Assembly: GCA_051362555.1 (NCBI GenBank)
Contig: CM120649.1
Span: 11,656,001-11,720,000 of the forward strand
Source of the DNA: Lingula anatina
Taxonomy: Eukaryota; Animalia; Brachiopoda
Length of the DNA stretch: 64,000 nt
Direction of reading: 5' to 3'
Shown: positions 12,051 to 26,117 of the stretch, in pieces
Layout: the number at the start of each line of letters is the position of its first letter
Position numbering within the stretch: position 1 is the stretch's first letter
The notes under the pieces: generated by a model
Databases searched by the model: none
The model's input: the letters and a program-made list of their open reading frames with translations, nothing else
What the model was told of the DNA's origin: nothing
Program-made: the position numbers and the translations under genes

Positions 12051-13633
12051 TCACCGGCGTAAGCGCCTGTCCCGCCTATTAAAAGCTGTAAGGGGGTAAT
12101 CAACTATGGTGCGCGCTCGGCTGACTACAATTTAGCGTGAACCCCCAGGGAGTTAGGTCGATCTAAATCTCTGGATCGATCTTAACCTCTGGGAATGCAC
12201 CCACAACATGCATAGCACAGTGGGTAGTGTTCGGCAGGGGGTGGAATATTGTAAACTGGATACCCGTGTACCGCTAGGTGCAAGTCCAACTATCGTTTCT
12301 TTTCTTTTTTCTTTTTTTATATATAAGCATTGTTTTCATACGAGAAAATGTGGACAGAAACGCCTTTGCGGGTTTAAAGGTCCGCCTATAAGTGGCTGAA
12401 GACATTATATTAATGGAGTATAGAAAAATATATCTTATCTTATATCTTCAAAACTGGCAAAGATACGCCCATATATAGTTAATATTACACTTGAATGCCA
12501 ATCTTACTGTGACATTAGATATGACGTATGACCTCTTTTATCACATTGAAGTGAACTTTGTACATTTTCAGGTCCTTAAATCTCCAATACTAGCAGCTAT
12601 ATGCTCAAAGTAAGGTAACTATTGAACTTGAATAGGTAGTCATACATTGGCAATCTCCTGTGACCTTAAATTTGACATTTGACCTATTTTCACCATGAAA
12701 CGCTGAGACGGATCCAGGATTATTTGAAGGGAGGAGGTCGGCTTAGCATTAGTATTTTAGAGGATGAACGGTGTCATTTGGTATGATATATCTAGTGAAT
12801 ATTCTTATTTCAAGACGGGGCCATTGGTGTGATATTCAGAAATCGAAGAGGGGTGGTAAGGACCCCACTGGCACCCCCCCAAAATCCGCCTCAGAATTGA
12901 TCCTTGTACACCACTCAAGAGGGCATTCTGCTTTTCTTTTTCTTCTGGTGTAGATATTACGAAGTAGCACGTGTGTATAAAGTAGTCAGTTAGTTTAGAA
13001 TGAATTGATCACGCTGTCTCACTCCCTCCCTCTCCTTCTTTGTCTTACCCCCCTACACACATCACACATCTAATTGATATCAAAAAACAAGTATCGAAAC
13101 ACCAACGAAATTACAACATGCAACACATATAATTTATTTGCTGATAAACGTTTTAAATAATTTAACCAACTTATTTGGATAGAAACCATAACGGATATAG
13201 CTCCTTTAGGAGATAAACTACTTGGTTAAAGGATTTTAGTCACGTAAAAATCAATTTCTCGAATTTTGAAGATTCAGCACTTGATCCAATGGATATATGT
13301 TTTAATCGATCATCACCTTTAAAAAGTATTTAAACAATATATTAGTAAAAAATAGTTTTAGTAAACCTCACCTCAATATGCAATCAACTGACCTGCATGC
13401 TGAATGAAGACAGAGAAGTTATGTTGAACGGGGTTGGGCGAATTTCGTTTTGCCTCAGTGTTGCCTTGAGATTCACCGAAAAAGCAGCACTCGTTGACAA
13501 TCTTCTCTCTTTGTCTGTGACGGTCTTCTGTGACTTATTTACGAACTTCGGTGACAATAAATATTATGCTCAAGATTATGGTCGCCTCAAGTGTTTTAGA
13601 TCATATCATATCATAGTCCGATATCATAGTCTG

Positions 13634-14045
13634 CAGGGGCGTAACCAGACCTTTAAAAATTGTACGCACAGATTTTTAAAATTCCCAGCAAAATGTAGAC
13701 TAACACCCCATTCTCATAGATTAGATCGACCTACATTGGATCGACCTAACTCCCTGGGGGTTCACGCTAAATAGTGCGTACAATTTTTTGGCCAACCATG
13801 ATATTATTTTATATAAATTTAGTGTTCACGGAATATAAAAGAAAATCCTCTGCTTATTAAAGTCACCTGTATGTACAAATCCTCTGTATCAATTGTGCCA
13901 GAGGATTTGTACATACAGGTGACTTTAATAAGCAGAGGATTTTCTTTTATATTCCGTGAACACTAAATTTATATAAAATAATATCATGGTTGGCCAAAGA
14001 ATTGTACGCACAGTGCATCCGTGCGTATGCCTAGTTACGCCCATG
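13634..14045. mobile_element. MITE with a 5-bp TSD (hAT5-like) and a long internal palindrome
   Basis: TIR CAGGGGCGTAACCAG / CTAGTTACGCCCATG, flanked by GTCTG on both sides. The empty site is visible in copy 1 at ~1267-1271. Confidence 0.9.
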
Positions 14046-17005
14046 GTCTGATAGTCTTTTAAATTAACTGTCATCAGTTGAAAAGCTTACTAATTGCTGA
14101 TGCATAGGAAGTGCTTGATAATTGACCAAGAGCTCGTTAACAATAGAATATGTTAATTACGCACCGCCGCACTTCCTAAGCCAGGTAATAACAGGTAACT
14201 TGACCTGTCAGATTCTTGATGGGCTTTTACGTTTTTTCAATACATCTCATGGGGTAATGTCATTGGTATATTTAAATGACTTTTTAAAGTGAGTTCCAAC
14301 ACGGTCGCGAACATTAATGAAAGTGATTGATCTCAGGGTATCTTGAAGCATGCGTATGCTGAGGCATTACTTCTGTGGAAGAAAACGTGGTTGAGGAAAA
14401 ACTCGAAAAAGAGCGGTTATATTAAAGAAAATAGAATGGGAACTGCTGTAATTAAATGGTTCGTAATCTTAATTAGTTTAACGAAAAAAATGGTTGTGTG
14501 CTTTGAAAATTTGTTTCTGAAGTTAAGGGTATTTCAACAGAAATATAAAATAATTTAAAAGATTTATAATTTTATAATTTATAGTTTCATAATTTGAAAT
14601 TTGCGTCTGTACGCAAAACTGTTTGCAAATTTGTAAGTTTTGTCAAATCCCAAAACATATACATGTAGCAGAACAAGGTAAAAAAAGCAAATGTTTGCTA
14701 TTAGTAGCATGTTAAAAAATCGTAACTTCAATGTGTTCACTAAAGGTGCAGTATTTGATACGCACGTTAACTTAATCTATTTTAAATTATGCATGGATAT
14801 TTAACATGGTAAGGAATATAAGAAAGACACATACAGAGTATTTAAAGGATATTAGGTGTAAAAAGGAACACTAGTGATAATTTAGTTCATTACATACATA
14901 ACTTAGTATATTATGAAACCGGGAGATACCCACTTCTTTTAAGCATAAAGCTTCGATTTTTTAATATTGATTTAAATCCGCTCCTCGAAAAATTGAATTA
15001 TAATAACGTGCTATAAAGATCTACTTAACAAAAAATTTGATTGGTAATTTGAGTACGTAATGAACTGGAGACAATTGGCTTGTCATTAATTTTTCACGAA
15101 AATATGTCAGATAATTTGATACCGTCCTTAATAGAGTAAAGATTGAAAGATCATTTTAAGCAAACATTGACTAGAGTTACATTCACAAGGAGTAAAGGGC
15201 TATTGTACCAACATCTTGTAGATAATTTAGCAGTGCAATTCTATTTAAATGAGCCAATGTCACAGAAATATAAGGAATTAATTGCAAAGTTAGAGTTTCA
15301 TCACATGATTTAGCTGTACAGAATGGAAAGTAAACAGACAAATAAAAAGTAAGATCCTGTAAACTATGTATTTTAGATGACATCGAGGATGAATTGCATT
15401 TTATTCTTTTAAGAATATAAAATGTTTTTGCTATATAACGATTAGGCAGAAATACGTCAAAACATTTATTACACGAAGCAAATATTTAATTGCTCTCAAG
15501 CTAATTAAATTGTTTACACTTAACAATGTTTCACAATTAAACAACTTATGAAAGTACTTAAAATCGGAGCTAAGATTAACGCCAGTCGGATGTAGTTGTA
15601 TTGTTGTTGTTTTTACGACTTTATATTTTATTGCATTTCATTCTGATGAAACGTAGGGTGCAAGGGTTCAATAAATTGAATTGAACTGAATTTCACAAGT
15701 TACATGGACCTCAAATCGAATGATCAAAAATGCCCTCAAGTCATTCGAGTGCATTATTTTATACTAGTTAGGAGAACCATAATTAAATTCTAGTTAAAGA
15801 ATTGAATAGAAGGGAAAATGGTTTCACACGGCTCCACGAGGATTTTAATCTTAAAAGACCAATCGGGTAAGATATCTGAATAAGTATGAACTTTTATCAG
15901 GATTCAGAAAAGTCATCTTACAGATAGACATTACAGCTAAGTTTGACAGCTAAACACGCTGTTTAGCTCTCTTCTCCGGTGGAACGATTGCCGTCATCAG
16001 ACCACGTGAACACGTAGCTCATTAACTCCAAGGTCGAGCAAGGACGTTTTTAAAGCCCAAAATTTACAAAATGAGCTTTAATTTTGTGTATTTGACATGT
16101 TTTCTAAATAATATGCTCCGTTCAGTCCATTCCGACGAGAAACCTTAAAGCTAAAGATATTTATGCAGCACGGAAGAGGTCGTTGCTATGCTGCTACGCA
16201 AAGGATACATTGTTGTAAAACATCAACAACATGGGGGATAAAATACTTATCAAATATTATTATGAATATATGAAAATATTTACTTTTATTTTTTGGTATC
16301 AAAAACGGGCTGGTCAATATTGATTTTATGATAGGATATCTCGTGGTTTAATACCATCTCGTTTTGCTCGGTTGCTTTAAGTTCGTTTTTGTTAGGTTTG
16401 CTTTCTATATCTGATTGGATAAGTACGAAATAACCAATTTCATGTTGTGACATCAAACTATGGCTTCTAAAATATATGCCTGAGTTAATGCATTTGAGCT
16501 GATAACGCAACAGCATCCATTACGGGTCGAAAACTGATATGTCGCTATCAAAGTTTCATCTACAGGTGTCTCATCTGAACAGCAACAGCTGATATCCAGT
16601 AGATCTTTCCCAAAGCAGGGCGTTTATTTACGTATTGATTAAACTAATAAGGAAATATCAACATAAACATGAGATGAAGATGAAAACACCAACCACAAAT
16701 ATCATGGAAAAAGAAAATAAAGTCAAACTCAGCATCAAAAAAGTGATATTTAAACCACCTAGAGAAATACAAACATCAGTGATCGTCTAGCAAGTATATT
16801 TTCAGATAACTGTATCTCTAGATAATATAATACTTGTCATTAGTTATGATATTTACCTCTATTTTCTTCAGTTATATTATTTTCTCTTCGTGGTAGGTCG
16901 CCATTTTGATGTTTTGTTTTCTGTTCACGTGAGACGTTTAAAGTTCAAGATGACTTCAAAGTCATCCTTATCAGCAACATGGTTGTCAAATATAACAAGA
17001 CCTTA

Positions 17006-17690
17006 TACCCCCGTCATACTAGAGGCTGAATAGGCAAGAATGCCGTCGAAAAGACAATTCTTTGTGCGTTCCTGGATATTCGAAGAGCATTCCAAAAATT
17101 CTGAGTGCATTCCAAATATTTTTACCCATCCTTGTGGCCGGTTCGAATGTTTTGCTCATGTTAAAGACTTTTGAAGTGCATTCCAAGTGGAAAATCATCG
17201 AATGGCATTGAATAGTATTCTTACTGCACTGTGACTGCATTCTTATTATTCTCACGGCATTCCGACAGCATTCGAAACATTCTGAAGACATTCGAGGGAG
17301 AATCGAAATGGCAAGACACTTCAAATCCTGCTAGAATGAGCCAGAATGCAACTGGAATGCATCTCTATACTATTTCAGCCAGCAATCAAACTCCACTCGT
17401 ACGGAATTCGAAGTGTATTCTAAATATTCTGACTGCATTCTGACAGCATTATTGATATTTCAAGTTTTCCAACTACATTCGAGCTGCATTTGAGAACTAA
17501 TGCAGCCGAAATGTGCACGAATCATTCCAGGCGAATTCCAGCGCATTCTGAGTATTCCAACTTCATTCTGACAAGAATTTAGGTCAATTTGAAATTTCTT
17601 CCCGAATGTAGTACGAATTTTTTTTTTTTTTTTTTTTTTTTTAGTCATTCCGGCTGGTTCTGCTGATTCCGAATAAGTGTGACGGGGGCT
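17006..17690. mobile_element. Non-autonomous DNA transposon rich in CATTC/GAATG motifs; related internal fragment at ~39590-39920
   Basis: TIR CCCCCGTCATACT / AGTGTGACGGGGG. Absent from the paralogous sites near 4210 and 4980. Confidence 0.8.
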
Positions 17691-20118
17691 TCAACGGTAG
17701 ACAGCCTAATTGCGGTTTTGGTGGTGACGCATTTTAAACATCTCATCTAACACATTCTTAATTTTAAATGTTGCCTTTTATTGTGATTGGACTACTAGTT
17801 CTGGGTCGGAGGATATAAGACGTGCGGCATTAGACCTATGGAAGCCGATGCCATGGCAGAGGGGTACCCCGCTTGTAAAGTAATGGTGCCTGCATGTACC
17901 GTTCATTTTGAATATGGTGCAATTCACGATATTGGCACCGCCAGCCAGTAACTTCGTTATCGTATCATGGATGTCACTGTGTTTATTAATAACGAGGAGA
18001 GTTGTGGCCACATGACTTACAAGCACCTGTGGCAAATCAGGGATGATAGTTTGAACAGGAAATAGCATAAATGACGTGCAAATGACGGACGTGTAAAAAG
18101 ACGAGAAATGGAAGTCAAACAGGCGTTGTTAAGAAGATGAAACCCCAACTAGAACTTGATTAACAAAACTATCTTGACAGTCAATGAAAACGCGTCATTT
18201 ATTACTCAAATAATCACCATATTTACATAAATCTTTCACAACCCTACCGCAAATTTTACAGTGCTCCCAAGAAGGCGTGTAATGGAATTTAATAATAAAT
18301 GTGTCCTATAAGGGATTTACACGCCATTTTACTTGAATAAAATATGAAAATTTTCCAAACGCTTTTAGATGCATGAAAATGATAATCTATTCATCAATGA
18401 CTGGGCAGCCACGTGGGCCACCATTTCACTTTGTGCATTCCTGGAAATTCAGACACCAGGATCATTTTTATGAGAGAATTTCTCGTTGTCAAAAAATTAA
18501 GGTTGGGAAATATACGTAACTAAGCAGAATATGAATATACATAATACATAATTTAGGAATATTTCGAAAAACAAATTAAGGTTGGGAAAGAGCTGATCAG
18601 AATATGAATATCCTTGAAGTTCAGTGCTGAAAACGCATAATGCCGTAAGCTCATATTTCTGACAAGCACTAGTGCATATTGTATGTTCTACAACGAGCTG
18701 ACAACATAAGTGCATTACCCAAATTTTACGTAGAAAAGGACGGAGGAAAGTCCCACTTTCTTAGCATCAGAAGTACCCCTTAACGATTCTAGGACAATTG
18801 CCCTCGGGCACCCCCCCCCCCCCCCCCCGCACAATACTCCCCAAGACACCCCACCCCCGGCACAATCCCTACCAAAGAACCCCCTTCCAAATGTAGGAAC
18901 TTCATTGTTTTTGAATTATTTATTTGACGCATTTATGCATTTCTTGAATATTTTACCGCTAATAAGAAAGGAGAAAAAAATCAAATTAAAACCAAAGCAT
19001 ATGGGCTATTAGTTGCAAAATCCAGGAAACCTACTAACGTGTAAAAAAACCTGACAGGTAACCATCAATTATTAGGTGCCATGAATGCTTTTTTTTGTAA
19101 ATTTTACATCTGTACCACAGGCCCAAGGCTTAACAAAATGCTACGGTGCCAGTGCTAGCAGTATGAAGTGCTTTCAACTAGCTGCCTTTTTTTTTTTTTT
19201 TTTTTCATTTAAAATTTAAAAAGTCTCAACCAGCAGCTTCTCGAGAGAACAAGCATTTCGAGGCTTCCTTATCTGGAATATTCAGATCCAGTAATCGACA
19301 GCTTATCTTTCAAAATCATTTTTTGTAAATGTGTTTGTTCAACATCATTGCAGTGGATGCTGTTCATTTGCTCCATAAGTAGGGGAGAAATTCTCAGAGC
19401 CAGGGTGCGGTGGTGGTACCTTACGTGTTTGTTCAACTGCATCTGCAAAAACAAAGTAAGAGAACCAGAACCCCAAAATACTAAAATAAAGGAAGAATCT
19501 ACAATGTCTATTGTCTTTTTCAGCAAAGTCAACATGCTGTTATGAAAAATGCCTAAATATTAAAATGCAGGCCTCATAATGTGAAATACACGTAAAATTT
19601 GAGTACCAATGAGGCGAGAACTTCAACACACAGTCTACACCAGGGCAATAAAAAAACTGTCAGATATAAAATACACTAGTGGACAATTCTTGCTGTTTCA
19701 TTCCTGTCCTGACTGATGAAGAATAAATTTTTTTCAATTGCTACATAATTAAATCAAAATTGAAGAAAATAATATACATAAAAAGGGTTAACACAAATCT
19801 TATTTATATTACTTATAAATAAGACTATAAACCAATTCCGCTTTTACTGCCAAGGCCACATTTGTTCAGTAATTATGTCGACGTGCATGACTAAAATCGC
19901 GTATTCTATTAATATATAGGGTTTCACTTGAAAACAATCAGGAATTTCTTCAACGTCAGTATAGGTTGTAATATGCATCAACTCTCTCAATTCATGATGA
20001 AGTTATACCGTCAGCAGCCAAATATATTTCCTAGTAAATGATAGTTAAGTTATCCTATAGCTACTGTGAAATGGAGCTACTTACAGGTACCCGTTGTTCT
20101 GTCAAGATAAGCAAGTGA

Positions 20119-23100
20119 TCAAGTGGCACCTTGGTGAGAGGCTGCAGAATAAAGAAACTGTTAAAATTTCACCTTTGAATCTGGCAGTAAAAATCACTCT
20201 GTTTACGTATACGGGAATGCATGGGACAATCTGTACATTCTTCATCAAAATTACATAAACAGATTTGGAAAGCAGCTATCAAATATATTGCAAAATGACT
20301 TCACTTGTGAAGGCACACACGCTGATCAAACAATAACTATACAGAAGATGTTACTTCATATGTAAGTAAAAAAGAAAATGTGGAGATGACTGTCATAAGT
20401 ACACTTTATTACTGACCGTCTGTTAGCTCTTTCAGCTTCTTTTCCAGCTCTTTGGTGATGGGAAACTGGCAGTTGGTATCTTGTTTTTGAAATGGAATAA
20501 TTCATAGAATGCACGAATATCTAAATGAATGAATCACTCGATCAGTCAACAAACCAACAACACATTTACATATCCTTAACATAACTAAACGTAAATTATT
20601 AATATTTATGTATTAATCAATTTAAGTAAACCATACTAGTAAAAATAAAAGTAAAAATAAAGTACAGCTGTCAAAAAATGTTCCAATTTTCTTGCCTTTT
20701 TTGAAAAGTTTTTTTCAACCAAACAGCACATACTTCAAAAGAAATGGTAATACCTTTTAGCGTTTATAGTAAAGAATGTGACAGGAATTTGATGGTCATT
20801 AAAGATAGAGGGAACCTGATTAGGCTTGAAATAAAAATCACTAAGTTGGACGTCTCAAAATGACCTTTTAAGGAATACAAAATACCTATTGTGCATCCGA
20901 AAAAAACTAACATTCAAATAAGTCATAACTACAAAATATTTGACATATATGCTGTATAAGTAGCTGCCACACGTTTTAATTAAGTAAATTGTTTTAATAT
21001 TTTCTTATATATGCAATTTTCTCTAATTATGGTCATTTGCAAGTAGAGTAGTTGTCAATAGATGTACATATAATGAAATGTGTACCAAAGCTAGGATAAT
21101 CTGCATTGACAGTAACTGAACGGCCTGTATACCAAAATATCCAATAAAATGCTGAAGGGCCATATTCATTAAACATGGAACTGGAAACCAAAGGTATTGG
21201 GTTTAGTATCGAGGGTAATAATAATATACTTTTGTGTGTGTCCATGTAAATGTACCTGCATATGTGCATGGCAGAATGTACCGATATAGATCGGTGCATG
21301 CAACCTACCATCATATGGCAGCAGAATGAAGTTTCCCAGGCATTCCTCTGCGTTGTTAAGTATTTCCCCCAAGATACGACAGAAATCCTTCTGCTGCTTC
21401 ATCATTTCCTCTGCATTAAGGCCCGCTGAGCGTCCTTTTTCCATTTCATACAGGTGTAACAAGGCCGTGACATATTCTGATGCAAAAACATATTCCTGCA
21501 AAAAATAACCATAAAATAATAATAATAATAATTATAATAATAAACAAATAAATAAATAAATAAATAAACATCAATTTACATTCAATCAGCCATATAATCA
21601 GCCATTTAAGTGAAAAATAGCCCAATTTACAAACAATCTAAATGTAACATTGAATCGCGTTAACATATATAATATTATTCTCAAAATTACATTAACAATA
21701 ACACACTTTTACTATGTTAATTTTTTTGCGTTCACGATGATAGTTCATAAAATATTACATAACATTTAGCAGCACCATCTGACCACCGAAACTAATGCCA
21801 TGTTGCACTGTGTCAGTGGAAAATGTAAGTAGGGCTTATGATGGTAATCTACCAGGAGAACATGACTTTACCTTTCCATCAGATTCAGACTGAAACTTGT
21901 ACAGACGACTAGAATAGTCCCTGTCTGGCAATCCAGCCCGTGTCACCCTGAACTTCACTTCTCCTACATACTGAATTTTCTGATCACTGTCCTGAAGCTT
22001 GTCCCACACATAACAAGTCTGGGGCAGAAGGAGGACAAGTTTGGGAATGACTACCGTGTTGGAACCCCCCTGGTCCCAATAACTTGATGCTTCTATCCGC
22101 TGTTTTAGTCCTGAAAACACAAGAAAAATGCATAACATCTGGGAAAGCTTAGAATGTCTATGTGCTTAAAAGTATAGCATCCAGTTAAAAGATTATCAAA
22201 TTGATGAGAAATATGTACTTATCTCGAATATGTCAAATACTTTAATTACAGTAAGGTTGACCTTTTTATTTGTAGCAGTTCGTTTTATAATATTATACCA
22301 GGTAAAATGAGCTTGAGATATCCATAGTAATATGACCAGGCCATTCCCGTGGCTATGTCTCCTGCTGGCTGGGCAGATTTCAACTTCAAAATGGGAGCTA
22401 GAAGGGAAAAAATAATCTCCTGTTCATAATAAGAAAAGAGAATTGCATGGTTGAAATTGCCCGTGAGAATCACCTTCAATTATCTTGTACTACTAAGTAC
22501 TAGTACTTGTCCCTTTTGGTATTTATCTGCCAGTTCACAACACATAATACAATACTCTCCCATTCAACCTTTACCACCCCTTACCACACCACACCCCTCT
22601 GAGCAGACCCACCATCATTCACACCACACCCCTCTGAGCAGACCCACCATTATTCACACCACACCCCTCTGAGCAGACCCACCATTATTCACACCACACC
22701 CCTCTGAGCAGACCCACCATTATTCACACCACACCTTTCACTAATCCCTTCCATCCCGCACGAAAACGCAGTAGATGCTTCAGCGCAGTAGACTACTGCA
22801 ATCATACTGCAAATATGCCTCAAATCTGCTTCGCATTGGGAGCTAATTAGCATATTTGAAACATGCTTCTATCATGCTGCTAATCTACTGCATTAATGCT
22901 CCTCCTCTGTACAACCCTTTGTAATTTTTGAAGTAGAATTGCAGTAGGGTATACTGCATTTCTACTGCAAATATGCTCCACACCACTACTGCGTTAATGC
23001 TATCGATCTTTGCTACTTCGATACTACTGCATTTTCGTGCGGGATGTCTCAATAAGGGTACCACGCCTATCAATTACCATTTTGAATTCGCACTAACTCT

Positions 23101-26078
23101 AACATCACCAAACTTTCCTCTCCCAAACCTACCTCTCTCACACGCACACGTACTGAACCATTCCTAGGGCACGTCTTTTGTCTACTAGTAGGTTTTGCAA
23201 ATAGGTACCTTCCAAAGCTTTCACCAGTCTCCCAAAGCACTCCTCCTCGGTCATTTTACATTTCTCAATGTATATTACATTCGTCAGCACAGAGGGCAGT
23301 TCATTAGGCTCCACATCCACCAAGACTGGGACTAGTGTTAGCCGTCCTTGCTGAATATCATCAGCCAATCGTTCATGCATCAAAAGTGTGTTCAAATAAG
23401 GTGTACTGAAAGACAAATGTATAATATGTGACAGCCATGCAGACTTTATATGAACCTCTTCATGCAGTCAGTAAGTAATGGCCATACAGCATTTAAGCGA
23501 ATAAGAGGTCAGTGGTTTGATATCCCAGATATATTTGCCATCAAGTATATATTTCACATTGAAAATACCAGTGTATGAATGGAAATACCAATGTTGGGGA
23601 AAATGAAAGTTTAGAAACATCTCACAGATTCAAGACTGATAATCCAATCAGGGTGTTTCTTTCGAACCCCAGTATAACATATTAGTACATTAACTACATC
23701 AATTTTCTTATGGATAAGGTACAAAAACTAAAACTTATAAACATACAACATATTTTAAAATTTAAGTAATTAAATATACTTACGACTCCAAGAATCTTTT
23801 AGTCACGTACAATATAGTATTTCTAGAATTTTTCAAAGCTTCCTCGATGGACTTTGTCTCCATTTTATCTACTTCAAATTTCCCCCTGTGAATGATACGG
23901 AATTGCCTGTCCCCATAGCTTTCCAATTCTGAAGGGAATGTTAACACATACATGAAGTCATGAATAATAGAACAACCGGTTGATCAGAAAGACAATACTG
24001 CCTACTGACTGTGTAACACAAACTGGGTAATACACAGAAAGGGGATCATGGCCATATTATGGTCGTATAGCAGCTATGGCTGAATTCCTTCTAGATTTGG
24101 GGATATTTAAGGGCCTGAACAATTAACAAGTGCATTTCATGGTGAGGACATGGGCAAGATTGCCTGGGTAAGGCCGACAGAAGGAAACCACTACCAGAAA
24201 AGAGAGACTTTTTGTATGCTTTCCTCGAGGAAAACGTTTCATGAATTGAACGGATTGGCTGTAATATTTAACAAGTTTTCCATCGGTATCGTCCACACTG
24301 TTGCCGTTATTTTGGCATTTTTGCCGTTAGGAGACTAGTGATCACTGCCAAGAACTATGAGTCAAATGGTATATTGGAACAATTGAGACCAGCCAATAAC
24401 TGGAGCATGGTACTGCAACCCAATGAAAGCAGGTTACACATGTAAGTGTTTTCAGAGTTCAAGGGCGCGTAAGGGTTTGGAGAGCAGCTGTTAAGAGTAT
24501 CTGCCTAATTGTCTGCCTCTTGTTGACAAGGCTCACCCCATGGCATGGGATGTGTTGGCAACTATGGTGTAGGCGAGCTGGCAGTGGTCAACCTTTGTTA
24601 GCTTATTAATTGGTTGTACAACCACTGAATTTTTGTGAAAAAAATACTTTTAGAAGTTGAATGAAGAACATTGGTACATGATTTTCTGTACCATTTTACA
24701 TATTAAAGAGCCTCTCAGGCTGTGTGCTTGCTTACTTTCTACGAGTCTGTCTACTTCTTCACCATCATCATCACTGTGCCACACAAATGCATCATATTCT
24801 TCTCCTACTTTCACTTTCTCAAACTCAGTAGGTAAACCATGTTCCTGAAATCACAGTTATAAAGAAAATCATCTTAAGGATATTGTTACCCTTTATTATC
24901 ATCCAGTTACCGATAATAAGTTTTTCGTGCACCTAATTCTTCAATAATGTAATAATGAATCTATCTTTGTGCTGAATTTAAAAAAAACTCGAAAATATAA
25001 AATTTCGGCGTTTATATTTTTCGTTGCAAACACTAGTGCACTTTGACTGTAACGTGACCCCCAATTACCTGTTGTGTGGTGTTACCAGAAGCCTCTGTGT
25101 TCAGTCCATCCCTTATTGCCTTTACTATCAAATCAGCTATAGGGTACTTCTTTGATCCGTCTGCAATCTCATCTACAATGTACAGCACAGTGTAAAGACG
25201 ATGGGCAATTGTGATAGAAAATCTAGCATTATACTCCCTACTGATGATCAGCACAGGATTCTATAATTTTAAGTTTTGCAACACTTAAAAAATAGGGCAT
25301 GTTACGATAACATGGCCAATACTTTCATACATTCAATAGAGCCATTTGTCGAACCATTGCCCAAGGGACCTAAAATAGTCAGGGAAATATGTTCAAGATG
25401 GCCAGTTGATGTAAAAGGGCAGGACTAAACGGTGTGACAGGAATGTTAGTCCTAGGAATGGAAGTCCGGGGTCCCATATCATTAGTACAGGTTAGGGTAC
25501 GTGTATCGTATAGATTTGAATTTACTTCTAACGTTATACCCCCAAAATATGCACTCATAGGTGTCGTACCTTTGCTTTCTTGACATACAGCTAGTAAAAT
25601 GAGAAATTGATTAGGTACAAATGTAGACAGTAAAAAGCTTTGCCACAACATACTGTAAGCCATTTTTATAAATCATTAAAAACTCTCAAGCCGGAGGCAC
25701 AGGTATCATGTAATCCCAGTTACGTCAGTGCACATACCTTTATACTTCAGCAGCAAATATGTATCCTTGGCGCCCTCTGGCAGAGCACTGTCCAGTGCTT
25801 GTTTCAGGACCTGGCAATACAACACGTATTGCACATATTTGGCATTAGCATCAAACTCAGCCAGGTGTCCGCTCTCAAGTTCTTGCATTGACATAAGTGG
25901 GGTGGAGTATTCTCCAGAGAAATAGTAAACCTGTATAAAGTAAAACAACTTATGATGCTTTGCAGTAAATTCATCCCTAAGAAATATTAATACATGCACA
26001 ACTTTATTGTGTAAATGAATGCATACGATAAGAACGTTCGACCACGATCAGCACAGTTTAAGGACACTCGACAAAAAA

Positions 26079-26117
<39 letters not shown>

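Larger units (their letters stand above)
12408..18172. repeat. Segmental duplication copy 2, carrying two extra transposon insertions
   Basis: Colinear with 8-4697 except for insertions at 13634-14045 and ~17006-17690. Confidence 0.95.

Noticed and set aside
19269-19535. ORF as a possible STING C-terminal tail
   Set aside because: No TBK1-binding or pLxIS-like motif, and the best splice model stops at 20119.
20432-20520. Alternative upstream acceptor for STING exon 15 (DIRAFYELF...KRS*)
   Set aside because: The acceptor at 20479 gives FPITKELEKKLKE, which matches the STING terminal helix and module 1 (YPIADLIVKAIRD).
22585-22735. 35-bp repeats resembling a CRISPR array
   Set aside because: Head-to-tail units with no unique spacers, inside a spliceosomal intron; a minisatellite.
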